From contig OZ374557.1 in the NCBI GenBank assembly GCA_977862235.1, positions 3,968,001 through 4,032,000 of the forward strand: 64,000 nt of DNA, in the 5' to 3' direction. Below, one piece after another: positions 37,401 to 49,100 of the stretch (its first letter is position 1; every line of letters begins with the position of its first letter). The DNA is from Dudresnaya verticillata. Its lineage: Eukaryota. A program made the translations under genes and the position numbers. A model generated the notes under the pieces. The model saw only the letters and a program-made list of their open reading frames with translations, was not told the origin of the DNA and did no database searches.

Positions 37401-40396
37401 AGAACACTGACAACCTCCGTGACTATTCACAGAACGTAGTCATGATTGAACCGCTTGCTACAATGGCGAGCATTGAGAATTTCTTGCTACCACGGGTTTG
37501 TGAATCAGGGAAAGGCAGCCAGAGGAGTCCGCCCGCCGCCCTGAGGAGAAACCAGCGCAAGGTGTATCGAAGAGGTCATACCTCTGATGCATCGGGGCAA
37601 GAAATGGCTGCAATGTCGTCCGGGGAAGGGCTTGAGGCTAGTGTTAATGATGAGCATCTTGTGGAAATCAACAGTGAAGGCGTAATGCGAAACTTTGAAG
37701 ACGGAAGTAGCCAGGAGTTAGGTGACCAAGCCGGACAGCATGATCTACACAACAACCGGCCTAGTGATGGAGTTAGTTCTGGGGAAGAAGAGGGCGCGGA
37801 ACATGCATCTGGGGATAGCGAGGAGCAGGACGTCGATGCTGTCGGCACGTTTGATATTGGGCAGATCGGGGTAACTTCACCCCCGGTTGAGTTTGATCAT
37901 GAAGTGTTAGGACAAGCTCCTGCTCGACTGCGTCACATTCCCATAGCCCCTGGCCCAAACACTGCCGATCGTACAAGCTCAGCTTCTCATCAGTCCAGTG
38001 ATCAGTCGTTCCGCTCATATGCCGCGGCACTGGCTGCGGGAACGCCTGGTGGGTTTGGTCGGGCCTGCGGTGATGCGTATTCTACCCTGACTCGCCAAGC
38101 TCCGAGGTCGGCCTCGAGAAGGGAGCTGACAACAAGGCCTTCTGGTACGCCAGCTCTTAGCTTTTCATTCAAGGGAAGGGCAATCTCACGTGATACAACC
38201 ATATTGAATGCTGTGATTCAATCCAGCTCTGATACATCAAGCATAAGCCCTCGGCTATGGTCGGAAGTTCACACTCTCGAGTATTCTAGGGCGCGTGAAG
38301 ACCGTAGAATGACAAGCAAGGGTATTTCAGTTTTGGGTCAGAGTTCTGTTGCTGGTGTGGTGATTGGTACTTCAAATGACGGCGCAATGCCGATACGTCG
38401 GTCACCGAGACTACAAGGGAACCGGGAAAGAAGTCGGCTTTCTAAACTGGGAGAAGAGGGGACAAATGGCGCTGGTCTATTGCAGCCTCCAGAGAGCCTC
38501 CTGTTGAGAGTACGAGTCAGTGACGATTTAATGTCAGTGCCCCGGACGCCAAGTCCTCCGGACTTAGCACCTTCGATATCAACAACAGTGCAAGTCCTGA
38601 GGCAGCTTTACTGGATTTATAGGAGTGGGAAGCGTTGTGGCCCTATCTGGAACGGGGACAGTTGCGTTGATCCGTGGCCAGATATCGATTTTCACTGCCG
38701 TAAGACTAGTGCAAAACTCATGCGACAGCTCTCAGATCCATTAGCTGTATGCGGCAGTGTGATTCCAGCATGGTGCTACACCCTGTCGATGATTGCTCCG
38801 TTTCTGATACCGTTTGAAACGAGAAGAATACTGTTCCAATCCACTGCGCTAGGATATGTGAGGGCGCTGCATCTGATCCAGGTTCGAATGGACGAAATGT
38901 CACCAACTACCTCACGTGGTTCCCGAGGAGCCCGAGAAGGGGAACCACGAATAGGGCGTATGCAACGTCAAAAAGTGCGTGTGCATCGCCATCGTATTCT
39001 TGAGTCAGCGATTAAGACCATCAATGCGTACGCAACGGATGCTACTGTTCTCGAGGTCCAGTACTTTGGGGAGGTAGGGACAGGTTTGGGCCCGACTCTT
39101 GAATTTTACACTCTGGTGTCACGTGAGCTTCATCGCGTTGATATGAAGCTGTGGAGAAGCAGTCATACCGGTACAACGAAGGAAGACTCCCAAGGCAAGG
39201 AACGATCCGCTACATCTGACCCTAGGACAAGTGCGTCTATTGGGAGAAGAAGAATCACGAGGAGAGGCCAGCGTACTATTGAATTGAAAGCACCACCCAC
39301 GGCAGAAGGGGAAGGAGCGCCTCCTGCTTTCGTTGTTCCAACTGGCAAGGGTTTGTTTCCATCCTGCACAAGCATGGCTTCTAACGACTTCCACAAGGAA
39401 TCTTCTGAGAAGAGTAGGGCCCTTTTTGGGTTTGTCGGACGACTGATGGGGAAAGCTATCGTAGACGGGCGTCTGCTTGATCTGCGTTTCTCTGAACCGT
39501 TTTCTCGACTTTTATTGTCATATTGTCGAGTTCTGGACGGGAAATGGAAGGCAAAAGGTACAGCTGAGGCAAGCAAGTTACGAGATGACCATACGAACTT
39601 CGTACGATTTGGGAGGCCAGGCGCCGTTGAAGTGAATGCTGCAGATCGAGAACTCGTATGGGATTTTCTTACAGAGGGTACATCTGCTCTCCGGCTGCTG
39701 GGCGAAGTTGACCCACAACTGAAGTCATCACTGAAGGTGGTTATGGATTTAGTACGTGCTGGTAACTCTGGTAGCATTGAAGATCTCTACCTAACCTTTG
39801 TTCTTCCTGGCAATGACACCATTGAGCTGATCCCCAATGGCTGCAATGTTTGTGTGACGGGGGCGAATGCAGAGGACTTTGTCCGTCGAGTTGTATTCCA
39901 TGTCTTGTACGGAGGAATACAGCAGCAGACGGAGGCTTTGCTTCGCGGGCTGGCGGAAGTGATGGACATACGTAGCCTTCTTCTTTTTGAAAGCCACGAA
40001 CTGGAGACGCTACTTTGCGGGCTACCCTTCGAAGATTGGAACTTGGAATTTCTGATTCAAGCTACGAGATGTGATCATGGCTACAGTCACGAGAGCCCAT
40101 CCGTGATGTTCTTCCTGCAGGTGTTGTGCGAGCTGAATCCTGCAGACCAACAGCGCTTTGTTCTCTTTGCGACTGGGTCTCCTGCGTTGCCGCTTGGTGG
40201 CCTGCTGAGCCTGAGACCTAGGCTGACAATCGTGCGACGAACACCTGAAGCAGGCCGTTCAGCTGATGAGTGCTTGCCCACCGTTATGACCTGCACGAAC
40301 TACTTCAAGCTGCCAGAGTATAGTTCGTATGATATCGCCCACAAACGAATCCTATATGCTGTGCAAGAAGGGCAAGGGTCCTTCCACCTGTCGTAG
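34427..40396 (+). CDS. UPL3: HECT E3 ubiquitin ligase, UPL3/TRIP12/Ufd4 family, 1989 aa, intronless CDS
   Basis: METRGR start; ARM-like region (LLSIEYIDLAEQSLSAL, VLSYIDFFSIGVQRVA); HECT domain EVGTGLGPTLEFY...FATGSPALPLGG...LPTVMTCTNYFKLP (catalytic Cys)...EGQGSFHLS*. Confidence 0.96.
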   Translation: METRGRVREARASTEENRALTATAAGNESNSPLRRLSVGRSRGRQRVAQRSPSFRLTRASGPSLSARGPSAAGGAPLAVGAAREVANSTRRHTPGRRLSAAGSPTLAQADGRQRRRPSQDITTTAAARTLTRKRTRSNRRGSERELGEPEPPPFANRFPTSSVVPPPTTTSSAVPVELTGRPAKRVRGNLRRSRQQNSALRLPSPRTIAGGSSSKRDTRDMESSESRQVEGEERSDHVEQRTARDLVGTGESDRAGANALQGLLRRLGTDLGDIFPGTVGSSHSRLQQLRAAISAPDNSDHVVEALSELCEFLSVGTEESLVSFSVNLFVAPLVGLLRTGGNIEVKIYAARALTNMMEALPSSSSSIANSGAAAPLCQSLLSIEYIDLAEQSLSALHKLSVDYPQHIVQANGFRAVLSYIDFFSIGVQRVAASTACNLCRLPRTETVEMISDVLPTMMRLLDSEDQRIRESAVLGFARLADSSRSSSVKLEALCGEEGGLVEKVLGLVVPEAPAALSPQSYSSALRLLATLSRGSAALGLRILSSEALLQRLESRLSSGTSLFFDDCLVLVDSLLPDIRVADGIQDNGSRSWRRRSIGTSTAFAAVDANKRDGLENDAGALRSFGFTLFGTLTHCFASSADCSARMLCLSVLSKFMAIAPREILLEVVGERSNANTLQSSNSKRFCPFVASLLGSNSMQNEVLIGLAVADCALQKIPHLRKSFAREGIVHDICRLAAYDSGLADCSLPVDTDGRDSSGAGLDRNPAVDGVAASPSRLFDQLLLSMDLVQHSMTPRGRSSDMARSPHSVNADFRHADSKTMQGMITRAARAVLARHLGEGEDDQAEGTAFSNSILDEVVEASRLLKYAVSHQDENSGREALRKLAHLLTSPERLTVFEVSRSGLIEALAAYMTSGDLGVRRTRLASLCEYLSSDGSYRAFSAIVELVLGVFSFEEKLAVRAHEPSSGSSHYVASGLRQLAQSFRLRLQKASGENTDNLRDYSQNVVMIEPLATMASIENFLLPRVCESGKGSQRSPPAALRRNQRKVYRRGHTSDASGQEMAAMSSGEGLEASVNDEHLVEINSEGVMRNFEDGSSQELGDQAGQHDLHNNRPSDGVSSGEEEGAEHASGDSEEQDVDAVGTFDIGQIGVTSPPVEFDHEVLGQAPARLRHIPIAPGPNTADRTSSASHQSSDQSFRSYAAALAAGTPGGFGRACGDAYSTLTRQAPRSASRRELTTRPSGTPALSFSFKGRAISRDTTILNAVIQSSSDTSSISPRLWSEVHTLEYSRAREDRRMTSKGISVLGQSSVAGVVIGTSNDGAMPIRRSPRLQGNRERSRLSKLGEEGTNGAGLLQPPESLLLRVRVSDDLMSVPRTPSPPDLAPSISTTVQVLRQLYWIYRSGKRCGPIWNGDSCVDPWPDIDFHCRKTSAKLMRQLSDPLAVCGSVIPAWCYTLSMIAPFLIPFETRRILFQSTALGYVRALHLIQVRMDEMSPTTSRGSRGAREGEPRIGRMQRQKVRVHRHRILESAIKTINAYATDATVLEVQYFGEVGTGLGPTLEFYTLVSRELHRVDMKLWRSSHTGTTKEDSQGKERSATSDPRTSASIGRRRITRRGQRTIELKAPPTAEGEGAPPAFVVPTGKGLFPSCTSMASNDFHKESSEKSRALFGFVGRLMGKAIVDGRLLDLRFSEPFSRLLLSYCRVLDGKWKAKGTAEASKLRDDHTNFVRFGRPGAVEVNAADRELVWDFLTEGTSALRLLGEVDPQLKSSLKVVMDLVRAGNSGSIEDLYLTFVLPGNDTIELIPNGCNVCVTGANAEDFVRRVVFHVLYGGIQQQTEALLRGLAEVMDIRSLLLFESHELETLLCGLPFEDWNLEFLIQATRCDHGYSHESPSVMFFLQVLCELNPADQQRFVLFATGSPALPLGGLLSLRPRLTIVRRTPEAGRSADECLPTVMTCTNYFKLPEYSSYDIAHKRILYAVQEGQGSFHLS

Positions 40397-41175
40397 GCAA
40401 TGACTGAGAAGGGCTTTTCGCCAGTGTCCCAGTAAATGTCCAGTGCTCTCGTGATAATGAAGTAGTAACAAATCACCCGACAGTTGAACTCCTACAATGC
40501 GCGTACTCTTTAAGGCTGGCGGTGAGAACATTGAAGGTGAGGTGGGACTCTACATGGGCAGTGAGCCTCACTGGCACAGAGCAAAAACAGACTTTGTATA
40601 GTAATACAGTACAGTACCGTAAGTACTATGTTGTGTGTTATTCTCGGCGCCTTTCTGGGCGCGAGGCCTTCGGTACCACTGTACAGTACAGTATTGCTGC
40701 GCCCTGCAGCTAATCATCGGTACGATCTGGCTGCGGTTGTGGCGGTACAGTGCGATGAGCGCTAGAGACAGATGCGCTCGCAATGATGCCGCTGGTTTTG
40801 TAGTTGTCCCTGGGGGTTTGTCGTGCGCCGCACATACAGTACTGTACTACAGTATTGCAGTACACCTGGAACGCTGTACAGTACTTAATGTAGGTCACCT
40901 GGAACAAGGACCCTAACCTTCGACTACGGCACGGTAGCCGTCCTAGGGGCATGAGCTCATACTGTACAGACCATATGAATTACAGCACGACAGATATATT
41001 GTAATGTTGGTAACCGCAAAAGGAAAGGATTTCGTCCTTACTGTGTAATGTATGGAAACTATTCATAAATATTACAAAAAAAGGTACCCAAGTGTCACGA
41101 GCCATAATGCCCATTTTAGACCTCGTCCGAGGGGTGTTCTCTGGCTTCATTTAGTAGTATGGCGCGACAAGCCAG

Positions 41176-41814
41176 TGTAGTAGAATGGCTTTCAAGCCAG
41201 AGTTGACGGCCACACAGCACGACAGCTGTCCTGAAAGCGTGATCCCACTCGCGTGGTTGGTAGCTCCAAAAGGGGTGGTAGAGACTTGAGAGGGCGGTAA
41301 GCCCTGCAAAAGGGGGAAAAAGGGAAGGCGAACCGTACTGCTTAGAGCAGTCGTCGTAGGTAGCACGGCTTGTAAACGCCTAACGGGGGTTGTAGCGGTG
41401 ATACCGTGAGAGTCCAACAAAGGGGAAAAAACCCAAGGCACACACCGCTGCCCGTTTAGTGCGGGGCCCCTGCTACTCAGGGGCCTGATAAATACGGCGG
41501 GAGCCGAAAAGGTACTACCCGCTCAGTTAGAGCTATAATGCTAACAGTGAGCTAATACTGTACACTAACAGTTACACTAGCGATTAAAAATAGGAATGAG
41601 CGGTCATACCGCTTCCGTACGTACGGCGCCATTGTAAGGCGCCACGCCCAAAATAGACGTGCCATCATGGCGCGTATCCACCACTCAGCGCGCATAGTGC
41701 TCACGTAGTTAATTGTCCAATGGCGAGCAGCCATCTCACTCCTGTATCCCACGCCTTACAGACGTCGCGTGTACACGTGGCTCCTTACAGCGCCCCAGCG
41801 CTCGTTATACCACA
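41176..41814 (-). repeat. 3' LTR of E4 (type C, about 639 bp)
   Basis: Starts TGTGGTATAA after the PPT and ends TTCTACTACA (8/10 inverted match); similar to solo LTR 3644-4376. Confidence 0.7.
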
Positions 41815-42498
41815 CGGCCCCCTTCGTCAAACTGAGCGACCGCGCTCAGTAAGGTGCTGTACAGCGATGCTGTTTCCAAAGGCTATAGCCGTTTGAGATT
41901 GAGATTGAGATCCTGTGATCCGTTCATTGGCCCGGCGCGCGCGTTTTGCAAACGCCTCCCAGTGCCCCGTCTCGACGAGGCGCCAGGTCACCGTGTGCAC
42001 GGCTTGGGCCGTCGGCGTCGTCTCGACCGGTATCAATTGCGCGAAACGCCAGACGGGCGCATGAATATTTCAACGCTGGCTTGCAGCCATCTTTTCCCTT
42101 TCGGTGCCCACACCCACCAACAGCCGTAGCGCTTCACCCAACCGTCCAGCTTCTGCTCGCTGCTTCCGCCCCGCTTGAGCGATTTCCTCTTCTACGGTTT
42201 GCCCCGTTGCCCACCGGCGCCCTGCGTTGAGCCCTACGACCTCCGCCGTGCGCGCTTCACTCTTCCCGGTTGACAGCCGTTTTCTCAGGTCGTGATCGCC
42301 AGTCGCTGGACTTGGCTTTGGAGCCGACGTTCAGGCAGAAGAACGGCTTCCGCACCGTAGGAGTAATCAGGTCGCGCTCACTACCCCTCAGGGTCAGTTC
42401 TGGAGCCGGCGCGAACTAAGAGAAAGGTCCCCGAACCTTAGAAGACTCTATTCCGAAACGACTTCGAAGCCTTTGGCGTCCTTGCGCCTTATATCGCG

Positions 42499-44792
42499 AT
42501 GGTGCCGCCACACTTGGCGTACGGGGCCGCCGGCTCTAGTGTGAATCTCTTGGGACATGAGGTGTACGCGGCTGGCGTGCCGATAGCGATCTCCCACTGC
42601 CGCGACTGGCTTCTCCGTACCGACCTCACACATCTGAAGATGCGGGCGGGAGCTAGTCGCGAGGAGGTTCGCCGCATCGGGGGGAGGATGGCTCAAAGCC
42701 GTATTTGGAATCGTCTTATGCGCACGCGCGTTGGCATCTTGACCGGTACCAACCGGTTCCTCCCACGCCTTGATGGCGATGCCGAGTCCCTTCAGTGGGA
42801 CCTGGCCTATGTGCGCTTCAAGCACGAGATTGCTTGGAGCAACAACGTGACTCGGAAGTTGACTTCCCAAGCCGAGATGCTCTATGAGGTCCACCAGAGC
42901 GGAGACTGGGACTTACGGCTAGTCATGCATGAGCGTCCACTCATTCGACAAGGTAGGGATAACTTCCCGTACACTACGGCCCGCGTTGTGCGGTGGGATG
43001 AGTCATCCAACTTAAAATATGCCTTGGATAACCCACAGACGGCTATGCCGTTGGAACATTCCCGCTTCGAGCGGAAGCAACGCCACAAGACCGGGTGTCT
43101 CATCCCGTGTCACTGTCAAGAGGTGACGGCTATCAAGCCGGAGTGGTACAATGGAAAATATCCGCAAGTCCCTGATGACCATAAGAACTTTGAGGTCTCG
43201 TACTCCATGCCGGTCGGGACCCCGACGATTATCGCCTATCTCGGTCTCGAGATGATGGCGAAAGCCATGGATGACAGTGTGCTTTGGAGCATTTACCGCC
43301 ACGAGTGGGTAGTACTCGTCGTGCAGACCCTGGTATATGAGGCCCGGCGAGGCCTGTTATACTTCATCGGTCAACCGTTGCGAACAGCTATTCGGGCTTT
43401 AAACCCTAAGGAGCTTACCGCGGATGCAGATGACGCTAAGGACTTGGAAGCCCTGCTGATCTTCGTCGAGCGCATTCGCTGGAGCGAGATTATCAAGCGT
43501 AATAGACATCTCCCAGAGAACACTGGCAATTGTACGCCGGTTTACAACCGTGGCGACTGGGTCGATTTTGATCCGCAGAAGTGGCATCCAATGCTGCCTG
43601 AATATCTCATACAGCCGGAGCCATCCGAGGCGAACCCGCTCATTCTGGACGAGGGGACTCGTATGACCGGAGTGACAGCCGGTTGGGTTTGTTCCCGTTG
43701 GCGTGAACCGGGTCCCGAAACCCCTGAGCAAGTTCCCGTCTTCGACGAGACTGTTGGTGGACAGCCACAGGGACCTCATGCCCCGCCTGCCATGGGCTAT
43801 TCGAAAGCCGACCACGTTATTAGAGACGTCTTCAATAGGCGTGGTTTAGCCATCCGGCTTGCTTGCCAGTGGGACATGCGTCATCTAAACGTACACAGTC
43901 TGGCAGACTGGGTCGAGGAGGTCATGGTGGACTATGAGTCCAATTGGTTGCAGATGCCGGGTCCGGCCGACGAGATGGAGCGTCTGCGGGCTCACTTCGC
44001 TGCCCTTCCTCCTCTGTCGGGCCGTTCGCGGGTTGGGGACGTGAAGCCGCGTCGCGGTATTGGCCACGCTGGCGCGCCTGGCATCAAGCCAGAGTCGACT
44101 GGAGTCGAAGATGGTGATCCTCGTGCCAACATGAGCGAAAACCCCGCAGCGATTCCGCGTGAGGAGTCGTCCGCCACCGCCGTGCAGACCACAGCTACAG
44201 CTGTTAAGTCTGTTACCACGCCTTCGATGGCGGTCGGCTCAGCTTCTACTGCGATAGCAACAGTCGGGGCTCCGACCCTTGCGGCACCAACCACGGGTTT
44301 ACCCGGCTTCGCCCCCGTGGGCGAGTTCCTCGGGGCAGACTTTCCTCACCGTGGCTCTCAAGCCACGAAGGAAGTGTTGACCGGGGTTGCGGCAGTCGTA
44401 CCTGTGTCACAGGACAAGGAAACTGCGGGCTCAAAGCTCGATGTCAATGTCCATGAGGGCGCTTCTCAAGCGAAGAAGGCCGTTCCGTCTTCAGACGACG
44501 TAACGACGTAATCGTTAAGACCGAATTAATCATTAAGGAAGAGGACGAGGTGTACACCGCTAGGGGTGAAACCCCGACAGCCAGCTTTGATGCTATGGAG
44601 ATCGACGCCATAACGACTCGCAGTCGTGGAAGCGAGCTTGGCGCAGGCGCCCAGCGTGGTCGTGCCTCGCGTCCGGTAGGGCGCGGCCGTCGCACGGTGC
44701 GTGAAGTCCGCCGCGTCGTTATTTCCCATTCGGCTCCTCAGCCGGATCCGCCCCTTGGGGAGGATGAGGTCATTGACCTTTTGTCAGACTGA
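42499..44792 (+). pseudogene. Antisense accessory gene of E4: 670-aa ORF, 761 aa once an 8-bp duplication at 44495-44510 is removed
   Basis: Long ORF antisense to pol, between pol and the 3' LTR; motifs shared with the E3 and E5 antisense ORFs. Confidence 0.8.
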
Positions 44793-46106
44793 GTCTCCGA
44801 TGGCTCAAGCCAAGTAGTCATCACCGTTTCCCTCATCTCCTGTCTGGATGCCTTTGTACTTCGCCTTGCTTGGGCAAGAGCGGCTTAACCGCTAAAGTAA
44901 AGTATTGATGTTACTGTATCCCCTTCGGCTGGAAGCCGATTCACTCTATGTAAGGGCGTCTGTGGCTATGTTTCCTTCATTGAGGGCGTGGGTCGATGGC
45001 GAATATTCCAGCCTCCATCGGCATCTTGGCGCAAAAGTGTATATCACTCCTTGGAGGAGTTGGGCATTGAAGCTCCTTGCTACTGCCGAGGCATCATGGT
45101 GCCATGGCGTACGCGCCGTGGCGTAGAACACCAAGACGAATTTGATTCGTGGGTCAATCCGCCTCCAACCGCAAGTTGACCAGTCGAGAGGGCGCCAGCA
45201 ATGACCATGTCACCTCTACAGTAGAACTCAGCGACACTGTAGCGGGGGCGCTTTTTGGCGCCAATTTACGTGGCTCTTCGCCAGACGAATTTTTATTCGC
45301 GTAGGAATTGTCTAACGAATTCTGATTCGCGCCTGGATCCGCCTCCCTCACGCCTGTGAGGCCAGGGATCGGCCCGGCGTTGGCGCGCGGTCAATTGACT
45401 TTGGTCAACGGCAAGGGCTCTCATAGCCTGAGCAGTTTTCCGCTTTTGCCACTAGAGGAGAGCCGAGTTGCTCTTTTGACTTCAACTCCGGCAAGGCGTT
45501 CAACTCCGGCAATGTGACCGGCAGCCGTATGCCTAGGAGTGGGTAGGTGTCATCCCGCTGCAGCGGTCTAGTCGATAGATCCATAGCGGGGTCACAGTGT
45601 CCAACGCGGGCAAATATTCCCAATCTGCTTTGACCACATAATAATTGTAATCGCTTCAGCGCCCTGCCTTAACGACGTTAATTGCTACTGTAGTAGTCCA
45701 CACCACCTTCTCATCCGTAGAGAACACGGGTCATATGCCCTATACCACTCAATTGGGAGGTCGGTCCACCTTGAGTCTTCAACTCATCGGTCCATTTCCT
45801 TCAACTTCCAGTTCATCTATCCAAATGTTTCCAAACATCTATCCAAATCTGGAGCTTCTGCTCATCTATCCAGCTTGAACTTCTATCCATTTCCAATTTT
45901 CAAACGGGGTCACCCCATTCAGTTAGACTAATATACATGGTCATAGCCATTGCTATCCCGCGGGTCGGTTCGGCGATCCGCAATCGGACGTTATCTTCGT
46001 TTTCCTTATAAGGCTCCGGCCTAGCGTAGAGCCACACACGCAAGCGTGCCGCGAGGTAGCACCGAATCAGGACGCTTGAGTTATCATCCGACTGGTCGAC
46101 CAGTGG

Positions 46107-49100
46107 TTATTCCGAGAAGGGAATCCTCTTCGCACGGTGATACCGTTTGACTAGATTCGCTGGGAGGTGTTCTCGCGGTTCCCAGGTGTCCTGTGATGCA
46201 GGGCACTGGTACCAGCGCACCTTGTACAGTTTCGACTCGGAGTCGTAGTCGACCAATTTGTCATAAACATGCTCCCGTGCCGGGGCCTTCTTGAAGCGCG
46301 AAAACTTACGACGCGGAGTCGTCCCGTCTGTATTAGGGGAGGTCAGCTCGCCAGGTGCTTGAGGAGAGCTTAGGCCCTGTGAGACCGTTGGCCCGGCATC
46401 ATTCAGGCCAGGCGGTATGATAACTTCATCGCGAGGGGGTGTGGTGGTAGAAACCGGGCCAGCGCCACTATCGATATCCTCGATGGCTTCCCGCGGAGGG
46501 GCGACAGTCTGCGCATTTGCGTGTTCCGCGCCCGCTTCCAGCGGCTCCTCTCTTATAATGTTCGGCGATGGTGCGGCGCCTGGAGCATTGGTGGCTATTG
46601 AGTCAAGCGTTGGTCCTGCTGGTTCCACATTTCCAGGAGTAGCCTCCACAATGGGTGGGGCTAGCCCTAGAGCTCCAAGCTCTTCTTCCGGTGATGGGGC
46701 CAGAGTGACACGGTCCAGAGAGACTGATTCTCTTCCTCCATTCCTTTCCAACACGACGGTGTGCGTTCCTCTCTCGAGGATCTTGTACGGGCCGAGAGCC
46801 TTTGGAAACAACTTTCCTTCCCGTGCCACGCCCTTGGCGTCTTTCATTTTCGTCTCTCTCTCAAGAAATACCCAGTTACCCGGGCGTAACTTCTGATTAG
46901 TCAGACGCATACGATTGTTGAAGTTGACTTCATATCGCTGTTGTGTCATGCGTAGCCGTGGCAACGCTGTATCCATCAGCTTCTCCAGTCGCGTGGTTAA
47001 CCGCTTCTTGACATTAACCGCTGGCACGTTCGCAAAGTCTACCGTCTCTGCTTTCTCCATTAGAAGGGACGTCGGCGGATTGGATAGAACCAAGTCAACG
47101 GGCGCGAGACCCGTCGCACGATGAACGGTCGTGTTGTATGCGTACGTTAGAGCAGACGTGAATTCATCCCAATCTTTTTGGTCTTCAGCAATGAAATGCC
47201 TCAGCCCGGCTAACAGGGTACGATTGAACCTTTCGGTTTGTCCGTTCGTCTGCGGATGATAGGTCGACGTAAACAGATTCCGAATCTTGAGAATGCCGCA
47301 GACGGCTATGAAGAACTTAGACGCAAACTGCGAACCATTGTCCGACAGGACATAACGGGGAGGCCCGTAGGTGTATATCCAATGTTCACAGAACGCTTTC
47401 GCCACAGTATGAGCCGTTACCGTTTTCAATGGTATCGCTCGAGTGAGCTTTGAGAAGCGGTCCGTCATCACGAGCAGATACTCATTGCTCTTGCTCGATC
47501 GAGGTAGCGGTCCTAGGATATCAATCCCCACGAACTCCAACGGCATAGTAGCCGGAAACAACTTCATATGAGAAGCGTGTTGTCGTAGCTGAACACGTTC
47601 CTGTGCGCATTTCACAGTTTCGAACTGTCGCATATACTGCGAGAGCCATGCCAGGCCAGAATACTTGTCGGCGCAAGTTATGATACATCCTTGTCCCACC
47701 GGGGTGACCGGCCATCTCCGAGTAGTGCGAGAGATGTAGGACCCGTTCTTGAAGGACTCTAGGTATCACTACCTGTAGTGTCTTGTATATATAAGACAGT
47801 CGGACTATCAATCCTCGTTCATCTTCCAGATAGCAGCCTGGCCTTCCGGATTCGATGGCGAGTTTGATACCCATACAGAATTGATCGGTTCGCTGAGAGC
47901 GAAGAATTTCCTCCACGGTGAGTAGAGAAAGACTCTTTTCGTCCGCTTCCTTCTCAGCCACGTTGGCTATTAGTTCTTCATCCTCGAGTAACAACTCGAC
48001 TGAGTCGTCCTCGGGTTCCACCTCCCAGACCTCCAAAGGTCGGGACGGGGTATCCGTTCGCGAATCTCTTCCATCCGAAGGGTCACGAAGGTCAGACCGA
48101 TCACTGTCAGCGATTACAAAGCAAGGAATCTCCAGATCTGGTTCCCAGTTGGTAAAACCATAAGTAGGTAGTCGAGAGACGGCATCAGCTATCTGATTCT
48201 TCTTCCCCTTACGGTATTGAACCGTGAAGTCGTATTCGAGGAGTCGCAAGCGCCAACGTGCTAATCGTCCGGATGCATCCGTCATACTCATCATCCACTT
48301 GAGCGCCCGGTGGTCGGTGTACAAGTCAAAATGCGACCTTTCTAAATAGGGTCTAAGCATTGGCGTGGCCCAGACCACCGTGAGGCATTCCTTCTCGCCG
48401 ACGGAGTAATTCCGTTCCGCCTGAGTCAAGCCGCGGCTCCAAAACCCGATAGGGTGGCGGGTTCCGTCTGGTTCCATTTGCATAAGGGCACACCCTATCT
48501 GATAGTCACAAGCGTCGGTGTCCACCGATAGAGGTCTATCTTCCTTCGGAAGTCGGAGAATCGGTGGCGCTATGAGCGCCTTTTTCAGTAACTCGAACGC
48601 TTCGCGTTGCTTTTCATCAAACAGAGGTAGTTCAAATCCCACATCCTTCTGAAGAAGCCTATTAAGCGGCGATGCAACTCGTGCGAAGTTCGGCACAAAG
48701 CGTCTGTAGACGTTACACAACCCGATGAACGATCGTAGTTGAGTCTGAGTCTTAGGTTCTTTGAAGCCTTCAATGGCTTGGGTATTCTTCGTAGCTACTT
48801 CCAGTAGTCCAGGCCTGATCACGTGGCCAAGGTAATCCACACTCTTCGTGAAGAAGTTGCACTTCTTGAGTTTGAGCGATACTCCCGCTTCTTTCAATAC
48901 TGAGAGTATTTCTTGAACATGACCTAAGTGTTCGTCGACACTCTTTGAGAAGATTATGATATCATCCAAGTAGACGAGACAGGATTTCCATCGGTAACCC
49001 GATAACAGGATATCAACGGTTCTCTGAAAGGTCGCCGGCGCGTTGCACAATCCGAATGGCATTCGCCAGAACTGTAAACAACCTGCATGACAGGTAAACG

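Noticed and set aside
42499..44511. env-like gene interpretation of the extra ORFs
   Set aside because: Antisense orientation, and no signal peptide or clear transmembrane anchor visible.
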